Positions 53,503 through 64,000 of a stretch of DNA of 64,000 nucleotides are shown here, one piece after another. Each line of letters starts with the position of its first letter. The first letter of the stretch is position 1. The stretch covers positions 58,964 through 122,963 of the IMG/VR virus record IMGVR_UViG_2974586258_000001. One strand, given 5' to 3'. The translations under genes and the position numbers were made by a program. Source of the stretch: a virus. Its lineage: Duplodnaviria > Caudoviricetes. A model generated the notes under the pieces. The model worked only from the letters and a program-made list of their open reading frames with translations. It was not told where the DNA came from and did not search any database.

Positions 53503-55281
53503 ATGTTCACTAAATTAACAGAGCAACAACTTGATAATAAAATAAAATATATCCATCAATATATTGATGCAGAGAATGCCGCAACAGGTAGTAAATTTAA
53601 CAGTAACTCAAATGTAACCATGAAGAATGTTACAACACTGCAAGGTTCGCTGTACGAGGATTTTGGTATCCAACTGCATCGTAAAACTACCTACGATAAA
53701 ATTGAAGAAATGTTTGGTAAAGACCTTGCAGAGCAATATATTAAGGATTTAGAAGAACATAGCATTTATGTGCATGATGAAACTAATCCAGTTTTTGGGT
53801 ATTGCGCTTCAATCTCTATTTTTCCGATGGTAACAGAAGGGTTGAAAAGCCTTGGTGGTATGAGCAACGCACCAAGGAATATCTTTAGTTTTATCGACCA
53901 ACTGTGTTCAACTATTTATCTAGTTAGTGCCCAAATTGCAGGTGCTGTAGGTGTTCCAGAGGCTTTGGTTTATGCAGATTACTATTTCCGTAAATCTTTC
54001 GGTGAGGATTATCACGAAAATAATTTGACTAAACAACTGTTGCAAGGACTAATCTATAAGCTTAACGAGCCATCGGGTGCGAGATCATATCAATCCCCAT
54101 TTACTAACTTTTTGATTTATGACCAGTATTATTTTGAAGCAGTGTTTGGTCAAATGGTTTATCCTGATTTTACACAACCAGTTTGGGATAGTATTAACAA
54201 ACTACAAAAATTGTTTGTGGAGACTCTAGATAAAGAGCGTGATAACGGTATTATTACTTTCCCTGTTGTAACATTCAGCATGTTGACAGAGAATGGCAGT
54301 CCGAAAGATAAAGAATATCATGAATATGCAGCACAACAGTTACACAAAGGAAATAGTTTCTTTATTTATTTGAGTGACAATCCTGATAGTATCTCAAGTT
54401 GTTGTCGCCTAGCTAACAAAACCAATTTCAAAGAGTTTGCAAATAGTTCTGGTGTAGGTGGTGTTAAAGTTGGAAGTGTTGGTGTGATTACTATTGATTT
54501 CAATAGACTCTATCAGACAATGAATGAGCAGGAAATTAAAGAGCAAATTAAACGTGTTCACAAATATCTTGCAGCTCGCCGTGCTTTTATTGCAGAGCTT
54601 GACGATAAGGGTATGATTCCCATTTATAAAGCTGGATATATTGAAATTGATAAACTGTATTCAACAGTAGGTCTTGGTGGGCTAGTAGAGGCAGCAGAAT
54701 ATCATGGATACACACCAGTACATAGAGATGAAGATTATATGAACTTTATGGAGAATGTATTGGTTATGGTTGAAGAACTTAATTCTAAAGCACAACAACA
54801 GTTTGGTTTCAAAATCAATGCAGAGCAAGCACCATTGGAGTCGGCTGGATATAAACTGGCTCAATGGGCAAAAGAAGATGGTCTAAAAGTTAATCGTGAT
54901 GTTTATACAAGCTATATGTATGTTCCGTCTGATAATACTAATTTTATGGACAAACTTATTGCTCACGGAAAGCGCTTGACTAGAAAAACATCTGGAGGCA
55001 GTGCAGCACACATTAATCTTGAAGATTTGTTGACAGAGCAACAATACTATGCAATTATTGAAGCATCAGCTCAACTGGGTGTACCTTACTTCTGCTTTAA
55101 TACTAAAATGACAATTTGTAATGACTGTGAAAACATTGAGCGAACAACAGAACGTTACTGCAAGAAGTGTGGCTCCTCTGATGTTTCAGGAGCTACACGT
55201 GTAGTTGGGTACTTAAAACGAGTTGACAACTTCTCTGCTGCAAGACAACAAGAAGAGTCTACACGATACTATGCAAAATAA
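53503..55281 (+). CDS. nrdD: anaerobic ribonucleoside-triphosphate reductase
   Basis: YC, TFPV, SCCRL, P.ES, SGG, CxxC...CxxC, RVVGYL glycyl-radical motif. Confidence 0.93.
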   Translation: MFTKLTEQQLDNKIKYIHQYIDAENAATGSKFNSNSNVTMKNVTTLQGSLYEDFGIQLHRKTTYDKIEEMFGKDLAEQYIKDLEEHSIYVHDETNPVFGYCASISIFPMVTEGLKSLGGMSNAPRNIFSFIDQLCSTIYLVSAQIAGAVGVPEALVYADYYFRKSFGEDYHENNLTKQLLQGLIYKLNEPSGARSYQSPFTNFLIYDQYYFEAVFGQMVYPDFTQPVWDSINKLQKLFVETLDKERDNGIITFPVVTFSMLTENGSPKDKEYHEYAAQQLHKGNSFFIYLSDNPDSISSCCRLANKTNFKEFANSSGVGGVKVGSVGVITIDFNRLYQTMNEQEIKEQIKRVHKYLAARRAFIAELDDKGMIPIYKAGYIEIDKLYSTVGLGGLVEAAEYHGYTPVHRDEDYMNFMENVLVMVEELNSKAQQQFGFKINAEQAPLESAGYKLAQWAKEDGLKVNRDVYTSYMYVPSDNTNFMDKLIAHGKRLTRKTSGGSAAHINLEDLLTEQQYYAIIEASAQLGVPYFCFNTKMTICNDCENIERTTERYCKKCGSSDVSGATRVVGYLKRVDNFSAARQQEESTRYYAK

Positions 55282-56170
55282 CTTATAGTTTTGCTTGAAT
55301 CTTTAGACCTAAATTGATAACATCACTTATGGCTTGTTAATTCCTAGCAAGCCATCTACAAACAAGGAGAAAACATATGAGTACACGCAAACAAGCACGC
55401 AAAACAATGCAAAGAGAATTACAGAAATCTCTTCGTCAGAATACAAAGAAAACTAAGCAGCAACGTCAACCATCACAAGAACACCAGTTGTTTAGTGAAA
55501 TTGACAATAATTTTAAGGAGTGAATTTATGGACTTTAACAGGGAAGAGGTTATCTTATGGTGTAAAGAGTTTGGTATAGACTTTGTAACAGTTAAACAGC
55601 CCGCGCCAGAGGGCTGGATGTGGGCGAGAAGCGGAGAAGACTTAATTTTAACAGCTATCTTCACCAACACGGATGATGCGGATGTTACAAAAGAAGATAT
55701 ATACTGACTGTAATTACTTTATGAACTAAGGAGAAAATAATTGCAAGAACAAAATAATATTGAGGACGTCAAGTCCTCTCTCATCTCTCAATATGTGGAA
55801 GAGTTTGCACCAGATTATATTGAGCAACAGCTCGATTCAGAAAATGCAATTCTAGAAGTTTTTGAACAGTTGATGAAAACTAACCATAAAAATTCAAATG
55901 AATATAAAAATGCAAAAGTTGAATTTGATAAACAAACAAAGGTACTTGATTATTTCGGTTCTGAGGCTTTTAAAGAGTTGTACAAACAAAGCTATAAAGA
56001 AAAACTTGATGTTCTGACCTTGGAAGAAGTAGAATATCTTTATATGCAACAACGACTCATTAAAAAAGTGCGCGATGTTAGTATTGAAATGAATGAAATG
56101 GTTTGTACACTTGCTGAAAATGTAGGTGGTGATACTGTGCTGAATGCCTAATTAACTTGAGAGGTATATT

Positions 56171-56719
56171 TTGCTAGTTACACTAGAACAACTAAAACAA
56201 ATTTACCCTGTTGCTGCAAAAGCAGGACGTTGTGAGAAGTATATAGAGGGTCTGAATAAGACCCTAAAACAGTTCAATATCTCAGAGCCAATCCAAATTG
56301 CTGCTTTCCTGAGCCAAGTTGCTGTAGAGTCAGCAGAGTTACGATATGTTCGTGAATTAGGTGATGACAAATACCTAAGTAAATATGACACAGGCAACCT
56401 TGCAAAACGTCTTGGCAACACACCAGAAGCAGATGGAGATGGTCAGAAGTATAAAGGCCGTGGTTTTATTCAATGTACTGGACGTTACAACTACGAGCAA
56501 TGTGGGAAAGCACTAGGTCTTGATTTAATCAACAAGCCTGAATTGCTTGAACAACCAGAATATGCTTGGAGTAGTGCAGGTTGGTATTGGAACTTGCGTA
56601 AAATTAACAATCATGCTGATGATATTGTTAAGGTTACAAAGTTAGTCAACGGAGGAACTAATCACCTGAAAGAACGAACAGAATACTATGAACGCGCAAA
56701 GAAAGTATTAGGCTTATAA
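56171..56719 (+). CDS. endolysin, glycoside hydrolase family 19
   Basis: AAFL.Q...ES, LGN....DG..YKGRG.IQ.TGR.NY, T..VNGG.N....R. Confidence 0.9.
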   Translation: MLVTLEQLKQIYPVAAKAGRCEKYIEGLNKTLKQFNISEPIQIAAFLSQVAVESAELRYVRELGDDKYLSKYDTGNLAKRLGNTPEADGDGQKYKGRGFIQCTGRYNYEQCGKALGLDLINKPELLEQPEYAWSSAGWYWNLRKINNHADDIVKVTKLVNGGTNHLKERTEYYERAKKVLGL

Positions 56720-57187
56720 TATGACAAAACATCTTGATAAAATTGTATCTAGTATGACAGATGCAGATTGGTTACAAGTACATGTAATATCACAAGCTAA
56801 TCTCTTCGAGACAAAATTCAATACTCGAATTGATTCACAAGAAATCGAAGATGTTTGCAAAACTGTTGCTGATATGAAACTTCCAGAAGGTGTTGATACA
56901 TATATTGCAATGTTGTTTTTGTTACCGTCTATTCATAATGATTATGTTTATACAGATATTGCTAAACTAAAGATGCAGGGGTTGACATTAGGTTTAGATA
57001 TGTTAATATACGTGTATAGTCAATTTTGTATTACGGATGGTTATGATGAACAAGTAGCTTTTATCTTTAAGAATTGTATTCAGTATACAATTCCATTCTA
57101 AAGAATGGTGTTAAACACGCAATTCCGTTTTAAGGAAGTCGTTGTAACATACAACTATATTTTAATCAACACCAAGGAGGTGTTATA

Positions 57188-57973
57188 GTGTACGAACGTC
57201 ACAATAATCGCAAAAACAAAAATTCTCGTCGTGAAAAACAAGTGGACAATCAAGAGGGCCGTCAAATTAAACCTAAGTTTACAGAAGAACGTAAAAATCA
57301 ACCAGTTAAGCCGTTGACACCGAAACAGGCTGAGTACATGCGACTTCTAGAGACTTGCAACATTGTCGTTGTAACAGGGTTGTTTGGTACAGGTAAGACT
57401 TATATTGCGTCTGCAATGGCTGCTGACAAATTTAAACAAAATGAAATTCATAAGATTATTGTAGCGCGACCTTATGTTGAGGTAGGTAAATCATCAGGCA
57501 GTAAACCTGGATCAACTTTAGAGAAACTGTACCCACTTGTACGTAATACTCTTGATACCATCCAACAACGTCTAGGGTATCAGATGTACCAAAATGCACT
57601 TAAGGACGGTCTAACTGGCAGTATTGAAGTTCAGGAGGTAGCAAGCATCCGTGGTCGATCTTTTGATGAACATAGTTGGCTGATTCTTGATGAAGCTCAA
57701 TTAACAGACGAAGCGGAAATGCTGGCAATCGTATCTCGTGTGAGTGATAATTGTAAACTTATCCTGTGCGGTGACTTGAAACAGCGGGATAATAAAGGAA
57801 CATCTGGACTTGCTTGGTTTATGGAGTTTGTCAAACGGAACAATATTCGTGGTGTTGGTCACATTGATTTCGACTCTACTGACGATATTGTACGAGGGGG
57901 TGTGGTTCGAGATATTGCTATCGGCCTACATCGGGACAAACAACGTGGGATTAAGACCCCAGAGTCTTGTTGA
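57188..57973 (+). CDS. phoH: PhoH-like ATPase
   Basis: G..GTGKT, RP, RGRSF, DEAQ, GD..Q.D, DIVR. Confidence 0.92.
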   Translation: MYERHNNRKNKNSRREKQVDNQEGRQIKPKFTEERKNQPVKPLTPKQAEYMRLLETCNIVVVTGLFGTGKTYIASAMAADKFKQNEIHKIIVARPYVEVGKSSGSKPGSTLEKLYPLVRNTLDTIQQRLGYQMYQNALKDGLTGSIEVQEVASIRGRSFDEHSWLILDEAQLTDEAEMLAIVSRVSDNCKLILCGDLKQRDNKGTSGLAWFMEFVKRNNIRGVGHIDFDSTDDIVRGGVVRDIAIGLHRDKQRGIKTPESC

Positions 57974-57982
57974 GTCATATTA

Positions 57983-58008
57983 GAGCGGCCTCAGGGTCGC
58001 TTTTTCTT
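57983..58008 (+). terminator. intrinsic terminator
   Basis: AGCGGCC-TCAG-GGTCGCT followed by TTTTCTTT. Confidence 0.7.
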
Positions 58009-58077
58009 TAAATGTCTATTGACAACTTCAGAATCTTATGAGAGAATGTAATTACTGATTGAGAAAGGAGAAATTGA

Positions 58078-60045
58078 ATGAATCTATTTAAAAACGATGG
58101 TCAAATCAATTATGAAGATTTGGGAGATATTATATGGACATTAAGAAACCACAGCATCAATAAACGACCACCAAACGATAACATTCCGAATCACATGATG
58201 GTGGCTCATGAAAGGCACCTTGCCTTGCTTAAACAAGCTATTGAAATGATACGTTTTGATTATCAGAGAGAAAGTTATTTGTGGTACAAACTAAATAGAG
58301 AAGAAAATAGAAATGACAAACTAGAAGAAATAATTAAAGACCTAACCGAGGACAAAGACAAACTTAAATCAGAAGTTAAGACACTAAAAGAAAAGATTCA
58401 AGAAGCACAAGTAACAGCAGGATTGTTTATTCAGAGTGTCAAAGATAAACTACCAAGTTGGTTTAGTAAGGAGAAATAGTATGAGTTGGAATTGGTATGT
58501 TAATAGAGATACCATCAAAATTAAAGTAGAAGAACGCTCTTGGGAACAACCAGAAGAAGTATATAACGAAGATGTTGACAATTATGAAGAAACAGATAAT
58601 AATGTAACAAAGTATGATATTGAGTGCAAAGTTGAAATTAACGGAAAAGAGATTAAGCACTATACTAAATTGTCTGCTTTTCTTCGTGAGTTTGTAAATA
58701 AAAGTGTTGTATCAAACTATGCTGATTGGTATGGCGAAAGCTATAAAGATACAGGAATAAAGTATATTGCAATCACAAAATCTTGGCATTATAACCTAAC
58801 AGATTTCTACCCATTTACCTGCTCTTGCGGTGTTGCAGGATGTTCTTCAATCTGGGACGGTATCCATGTCAAATGGCGTAAGAACAGTATCGAGTGGAGG
58901 ATCAAAGATAAGCGTGATGGATATGAAAAGATTCTAGATAAAATGTTTTATTCTTTTGATCGAGAACAATATGAACAAGAAGTCTTGACAGCATACCAAA
59001 CATTGTATAAACTTGTTGAAAATAATCCAGAAAACGAAAGTGCTTGGATTGTTGAGGAGTTTAAAAGTAAGATTTAAGGAGGAATAATGATGAATTTTGT
59101 AGTTTGGTTAATTTTATGTATTGGGCTTTATATTCTGCCCGCAGGTATAGGTGCTTTTATTAATCTAGATTGGTCATATTTAGATTTTACAACATGGTCT
59201 ATTGAAGCGCGTGTCATATACATTGCTGTGGTTATTGGCTGCACAGTAATATGTGCAACTGATGGAGTGTAAACACAATGACAAAACATTATAATCCTAA
59301 TGACTACTGTTTCCTCTGCCAAACAGATGAAGGTTATGTCTTGGCACACAATGAAGTTTCTGATATAATTACTAGTGTCCAGAATCCAGATAAAGTTCTT
59401 GGGTATACAAAAGATTTCAACGAGATTTGCAAACTGTTTACTGAATGTCTTGACATCAAAATCAAAGGCTACTATAATGTAGGAGACAAGGTTAGTTATG
59501 GTAATTGTCAATATTTTGTTCTTGAAGTTGGGCAAAATGCTGAAGGTAATTTGCAAGAGTTAATTGTCGGTCGATAAATAAAGGAGGAAAATGATATGCA
59601 AACAAGTATGAGTTGTGTTAAGATTAATACACTTATGGACACACAATTGGTATATCCGGAAGTCATTCGTGAACATCTTGAAAGACTTTATGAAGTAGCT
59701 AAGAGTAACTATGTTTACAAGAACCGAAAGAAGTTCAATTTTATGAAATTTGGGTATGATTCAGAAAAAGTCTTGAAACAACAGTTTGAATCTATCTTCA
59801 AAGATTATCGTGAACTTCATAAGGACATTGATTCACTAAAACATTTGCATTGTCTTGAGCCATGGCAGGTGTCAGAAATGAAACGACTAATGAAAATCTA
59901 CAATTGCCTTGTTGCATTACAGAAAATTATCCGGTTGTACTTGTTCTCTGATAATCCGGTACAAGTAGATTACAATACTGTGTCTTGGTTAAACTTCTTT
60001 TATAAAAACGAAGGAGAGATTCGTAGTTATATCAAGAATGTTTAA
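58078..60045 (+). other. cluster of hypothetical genes
   Basis: ORFs 58078-58479, 58436-59077, 59087-59272, 59278-59577, 59596-60045 behind a TTGACA promoter at about 58019. Confidence 0.6.
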
Positions 60046-60078
60046 ACATTAAATATCAATAACAGAAGGAGAGTTAAT

Positions 60079-60630
60079 TTGACTTGTATTATTGCACTAC
60101 GAGATAAAGAAACTGGTACAGTTTATTTGGCAGGAGACAAACTAGGTAGTAATGGCTCAACCAAAGCTATCTACAAAGATCCTAAAGTATTCCAAATTGG
60201 TCATTTCTATTTCGGATATACAACCAGCTTCTACATGGGACAACTATTGAAATATGTTTGGAAACAACCATGTAAAACAATGCACCAAGATGAAGATGAG
60301 TACCTATTTCGAGATGTTGTATATTCTTTAAAGAAAGTGTTCACTGAGAATAAGTTTGGTAAAGACCAAAATGGGCACGAACCTGACTTCGGACAGTTTA
60401 TTATGGTGTACAAAGGTCGTATTTTTAAAGTGCAAGATAATATGAGCTTATTGGAATCAGAGGATTTTGTATCGGTAGGTTGTGGTGAATACCATGCTGC
60501 TGGCGCAGTAGAAGCATTAGTTAACCATACAAACCTGCCGCCATCAGACATTCTAAGAGAATCGATTAAAATTGTCAGTAAGTTTAGTTGTGGCGTGTCA
60601 GAAGAGTGTGATATTATTAAATGTATTTAA
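60079..60630 (+). CDS. HslV-like Ntn hydrolase
   Basis: MTCI, GD..GS, K.F, SVGCG...A.GA. Confidence 0.7.
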   Translation: MTCIIALRDKETGTVYLAGDKLGSNGSTKAIYKDPKVFQIGHFYFGYTTSFYMGQLLKYVWKQPCKTMHQDEDEYLFRDVVYSLKKVFTENKFGKDQNGHEPDFGQFIMVYKGRIFKVQDNMSLLESEDFVSVGCGEYHAAGAVEALVNHTNLPPSDILRESIKIVSKFSCGVSEECDIIKCI

Positions 60631-60647
60631 TATAAGGAGAACAGAGA

Positions 60648-61532
60648 GTGACCACAATCGCATATAAAAATGGTGTTATGGTATCTGATGGACGCATGTC
60701 TCTTGGGGATATGATTATCAAAGATGACACAGAGAAAGTATTCTGGGTAAACAACCATCTAGTGGGAGTGTGCGGGAGGGCACGTGCAATCAATACATTC
60801 GTAACTTGGCTCCAGAAAATGACGGACTACCATATTGTAAACCAAGAGGTTGGAGAACTTGTTGATTTAGTTCCACCTGCTCTTGAGGACGACGAAGGGT
60901 ATAGTGCATTGGTGGTGACTCCTTCACGGCAAGTTTTGATGTACGAAGGAAACACACCAATCGATATGGGTTCAGATGTTCCAATGAGTGTTGGTAGTGG
61001 CTCTTGCTTCGCCCTTGCTGCTATGAAAGCTGGTGCAACTGCGGAAGAAGCTGTTAAAGTTGCTTGTGAACTTGATGTCTATTCAGGAGGTGAAATCACT
61101 ATCGTCCAACTAGAAGAAGAACCTGAACCACTGACACGAGAGGTTGCAGAGAATCTGTCGAAGAAAGAACTAATTAACATGATGTTTGGTGAAGAAGAAA
61201 ATAATGAAATTGCAGAGGTCACTGTTTCAGCACCGGAGGAGGGAGAACAAGAAGATAAGGTTGTTTGGGGCGATAACAAAGTAACACTATATTTCCCAGA
61301 CGAAAATTATCCAGAATATTTTGTTAGTTTTGAAGTAGAGAAAAATAAAATGTATGCCGAGTGTGACCTCGATGAGCTGGATGTTACAGTCATGGAAGAA
61401 TGGTTCTATGATATTGAAGATTTGCGGAACTACTGTGAATATATGAGTATTAAGCATAAACCTTCCAATACATATAAACAACTTGCTAAAAAGATTATTG
61501 AAGAAATTAAATCTAAAGTTCCACAACAATAA
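60648..61532 (+). CDS. HslV-like Ntn hydrolase with acidic C-terminal extension
   Basis: MTTIAY, SDGR, K.F, GSGS.FA.AA, A...D.YSGG. Confidence 0.75.
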   Translation: MTTIAYKNGVMVSDGRMSLGDMIIKDDTEKVFWVNNHLVGVCGRARAINTFVTWLQKMTDYHIVNQEVGELVDLVPPALEDDEGYSALVVTPSRQVLMYEGNTPIDMGSDVPMSVGSGSCFALAAMKAGATAEEAVKVACELDVYSGGEITIVQLEEEPEPLTREVAENLSKKELINMMFGEEENNEIAEVTVSAPEEGEQEDKVVWGDNKVTLYFPDENYPEYFVSFEVEKNKMYAECDLDELDVTVMEEWFYDIEDLRNYCEYMSIKHKPSNTYKQLAKKIIEEIKSKVPQQ

Positions 61533-61544
61533 CATAAAGCATTT

Positions 61545-61575
61545 AGGAGTCCAACAAGGACTCCTTTTATTTTAT
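61545..61575 (+). terminator. intrinsic terminator
   Basis: AGGAGTCC-AACAA-GGACTCCT followed by TTTATTTT. Confidence 0.75.
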
Positions 61576-62852
61576 TTGAAATTTCTTATTGACACTTTAA
61601 GAATCCTGTTGTAATATACAAATATAAACTAAAACAAGGAGAAATATATTAATGGCACTAAAACCTAAGAAGAAAGTAGACGTTTATTGCGAGTTTGAGA
61701 ATATTGAATTTCCATGCAATGTGCTTGCAGTAGGTCAGCCAAATCGCGTAGAAATCTGTGAAGGAGAACAATATGTTTGTGTTGACAAGTGCCACAATAA
61801 TCTAGTAATCTTGGATTCAAGAGGACGTGAGCTTCTATTTGACAAGAAGTGGTTTGTATTAGTTAACGAATAAGGAGAACACAAATGAAATGTTACAAAT
61901 ACTCTAATTGTAAAGTATTGCCTCTAAATTTAACAGATGAAATGAGGTTTGCGTGGGATACTAGCCCTAATAACAATGAAGATGACGATATCAATATGAG
62001 AGAAGCATATTATGCGATGTTTGATGCTACCAAGACAGAAACTGTTGGAGAGATTTGCACAGAATTACTAGAGAGTGTAATATCCTCTTATAAGACGTAT
62101 CATGGAGAATCTAACAACAGCTATATAAAAATGTTGCAAAATACAATTAATACTTTAAAAGGAGAGTGTTAAAATGAATAAGGATAAAGTATACGAAACA
62201 CTGATGAACCAATCATCTTCTTGCTCATATTACTTACGTTGCGTTGTTGAATGTGTTGAACAAATCAAACACACAAAGACAAAACTTGAAAATATGGTTA
62301 GACACCAAGAAACTTATGAAAACAAATCATATATCCTCCACCATAAAGGTCTTTGGGATAATTATACTTTAGATTTGGACACTCTTACAGAGTTGACACT
62401 GGAATTCAAAACACAATTCGATAAAGCTGTAGAATCTGGAAAGTATTTAGACGTTAATTTCTGTAAAATCAAACACAAAGACGAATGCCCAGAATCAGAT
62501 GTTGACCAATTTGGTTGGGATGAAGAGAATAACGACATATATGTTTACGAATGGGACTGTTACGAGGGTTTTCACCATTATGGTGAACTGTGGGCGATTG
62601 TTGTTACTGATAAAATGACAGGAAATGTTGAAGATACTTTAACATACAAGACTCTTCAAAAACAACTAGAACATCTTGAGCGCGACCTCAAGAATAATAT
62701 CGAATATTGTAAATTGTTTGAATAAGGAAATTATTATGGATATGTACAGTGGCACACCTACAATTATTGTTGGAATGTTTTGTATTATTTTAACTATTGT
62801 ATTTGGACTAGGTTGTCTTGCTGGTTGGTTATTGTTTTAAGGAGAAACACAA

Positions 62853-63431
62853 TTGAAATATTATACTGGAGTTGGTAGTCGAGAGACACCAGAACATATT
62901 CTAAAATTTATTGAAGAAGTTGCATATTGGTTAGCAGGACGAGGTTATACTGGTCGTTCTGGAAGTGCAGCAGGAGCCGATACTGCTTTTGAACAAGGCT
63001 TTAATCATCATGAAATTGTCAATGGTGTTTCAGACCATGTTAGTTTTGAAGCATATCTTCCTTGGAAAGGTTTCTCGGATATTCGTGAAGATAGTACACA
63101 CATTGTTACACCAGAGTTGCCAAATTATAATGAAGCTTTAGAAATTGCATCAACTATTCATCCAGCTTGGAATCGTCTAAGTCGTGGAGCAAAAGCTCTA
63201 CATACACGAAATGTTTATCAAGTTCTAGGGCTTGACTTGAACACACCAAGTTGTGTGTTATTCTGTTATGCACAACCAACATACAATAAACATAAAGAAT
63301 TGACAGGCGTTAAAGGTGGCACCAACACAGCGGTTCAATTAGCAATGAAACACAATATTCCAATTTACAACTTTTATTTGCAAGAAGATATCGATAAAGT
63401 TAAAAGTATGATGGAGAAGTATAAGGCTTAA
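62853..63431 (+). CDS. DprA/SLOG-family nucleotide-binding protein
   Basis: Y.GVGSRETP, RSG.A.GAD.AFE, RN..Q.LG, GGT..A. Confidence 0.75.
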   Translation: MKYYTGVGSRETPEHILKFIEEVAYWLAGRGYTGRSGSAAGADTAFEQGFNHHEIVNGVSDHVSFEAYLPWKGFSDIREDSTHIVTPELPNYNEALEIASTIHPAWNRLSRGAKALHTRNVYQVLGLDLNTPSCVLFCYAQPTYNKHKELTGVKGGTNTAVQLAMKHNIPIYNFYLQEDIDKVKSMMEKYKA

Positions 63432-64000
63432 TATTTTAGTTATATTGATACTTAAAGTTTTAAATTTAAGCAGAATATAAACCAAGGAGAATACAATGAT
63501 AGATGAGTATGAATATACAATAATTAAAACACTAATAAAGAAGGTTGCAACTGATATAGTTAATTTTACCACAATAGATGACACAACAGTAATGGATATT
63601 AATGGGTACATGTCGATACACCCTATTTGTATCAAAGATAAGACAACTAGAACTGAGATCTATAAGCGCGACCTCGTGCAATTTAATAACTACAAAATAT
63701 TAAACAGAGCCTTCTCATATTTATATTATGAAATAGCAGAGAAAGATGTACGAGAGGCACTAATAGCTATAAGTAAAGAGCAAGAGGAGTGTAGGAATTC
63801 GGTTATTAATTATTTGAACAATTAACTTAAAATATGGTTTGAACAAACATATTGATGATATATCAGAAGGATACTAAATGAAAATACCACTATCAATACT
63901 AAAAGAGTATGTTGAGACATTGGAGAAGTTAGAAATTGACAATTTAAATCTAGAAATCATGGATAACCGTATTGGCCCCGATTACTGTCTAGTTATATCT

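Noticed and set aside
46008-55281. Introns or inteins in nrdA, nrdB or nrdD
   Set aside because: All three are continuous, of normal length and have intact motifs
1-64000. CRISPR array, integrase, reverse transcriptase or rRNA
   Set aside because: No regularly spaced repeats or diagnostic motifs seen by eye

Overview
A 64-kb segment of an AT-rich lytic tailed phage, probably a myovirus of a Gram-negative host (two-component spanin, GH19 endolysin, sigma70-type promoters). The left arm (1 to about 27 kb) is mostly on the minus strand. It holds the head/neck and packaging module (neck proteins, major capsid, decoration, scaffold, prohead protease, portal, TerL, TerS), spanins, two tRNAs and many small hypothetical genes. 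The right arm (about 27 to 64 kb, plus strand) carries DNA and nucleotide metabolism genes (Thg1, ligase, dUTPase, exonuclease, RuvC, EndoVII, ThyX, MTase, NrdA/B, glutaredoxin, NrdD, PhoH) and the endolysin. Signals the ORF track does not explain: (1) an ORF-less 300-nt group I intron splitting terL (10474-10773); (2) six copies of a modular Zn-ribbon + GIY-YIG-like endonuclease family, most beside conserved genes; (3) a promoter-driven ~320-nt multi-pseudoknot RNA upstream of an atypical long-arm tRNA(UAU); (4) a ~190-nt RNA rich in anti-Shine-Dalgarno motifs behind a tRNA-Pro with a C1:A72 mismatch; (5) Pth2, Thg1 and a frameshifted release-factor-like gene in the same region; (6) three HslV-like Ntn proteases, a miniature kinase-like protein and a minimal Pol A-palm protein. 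All calls come from manual motif and base-pair reading; no database searches were run.
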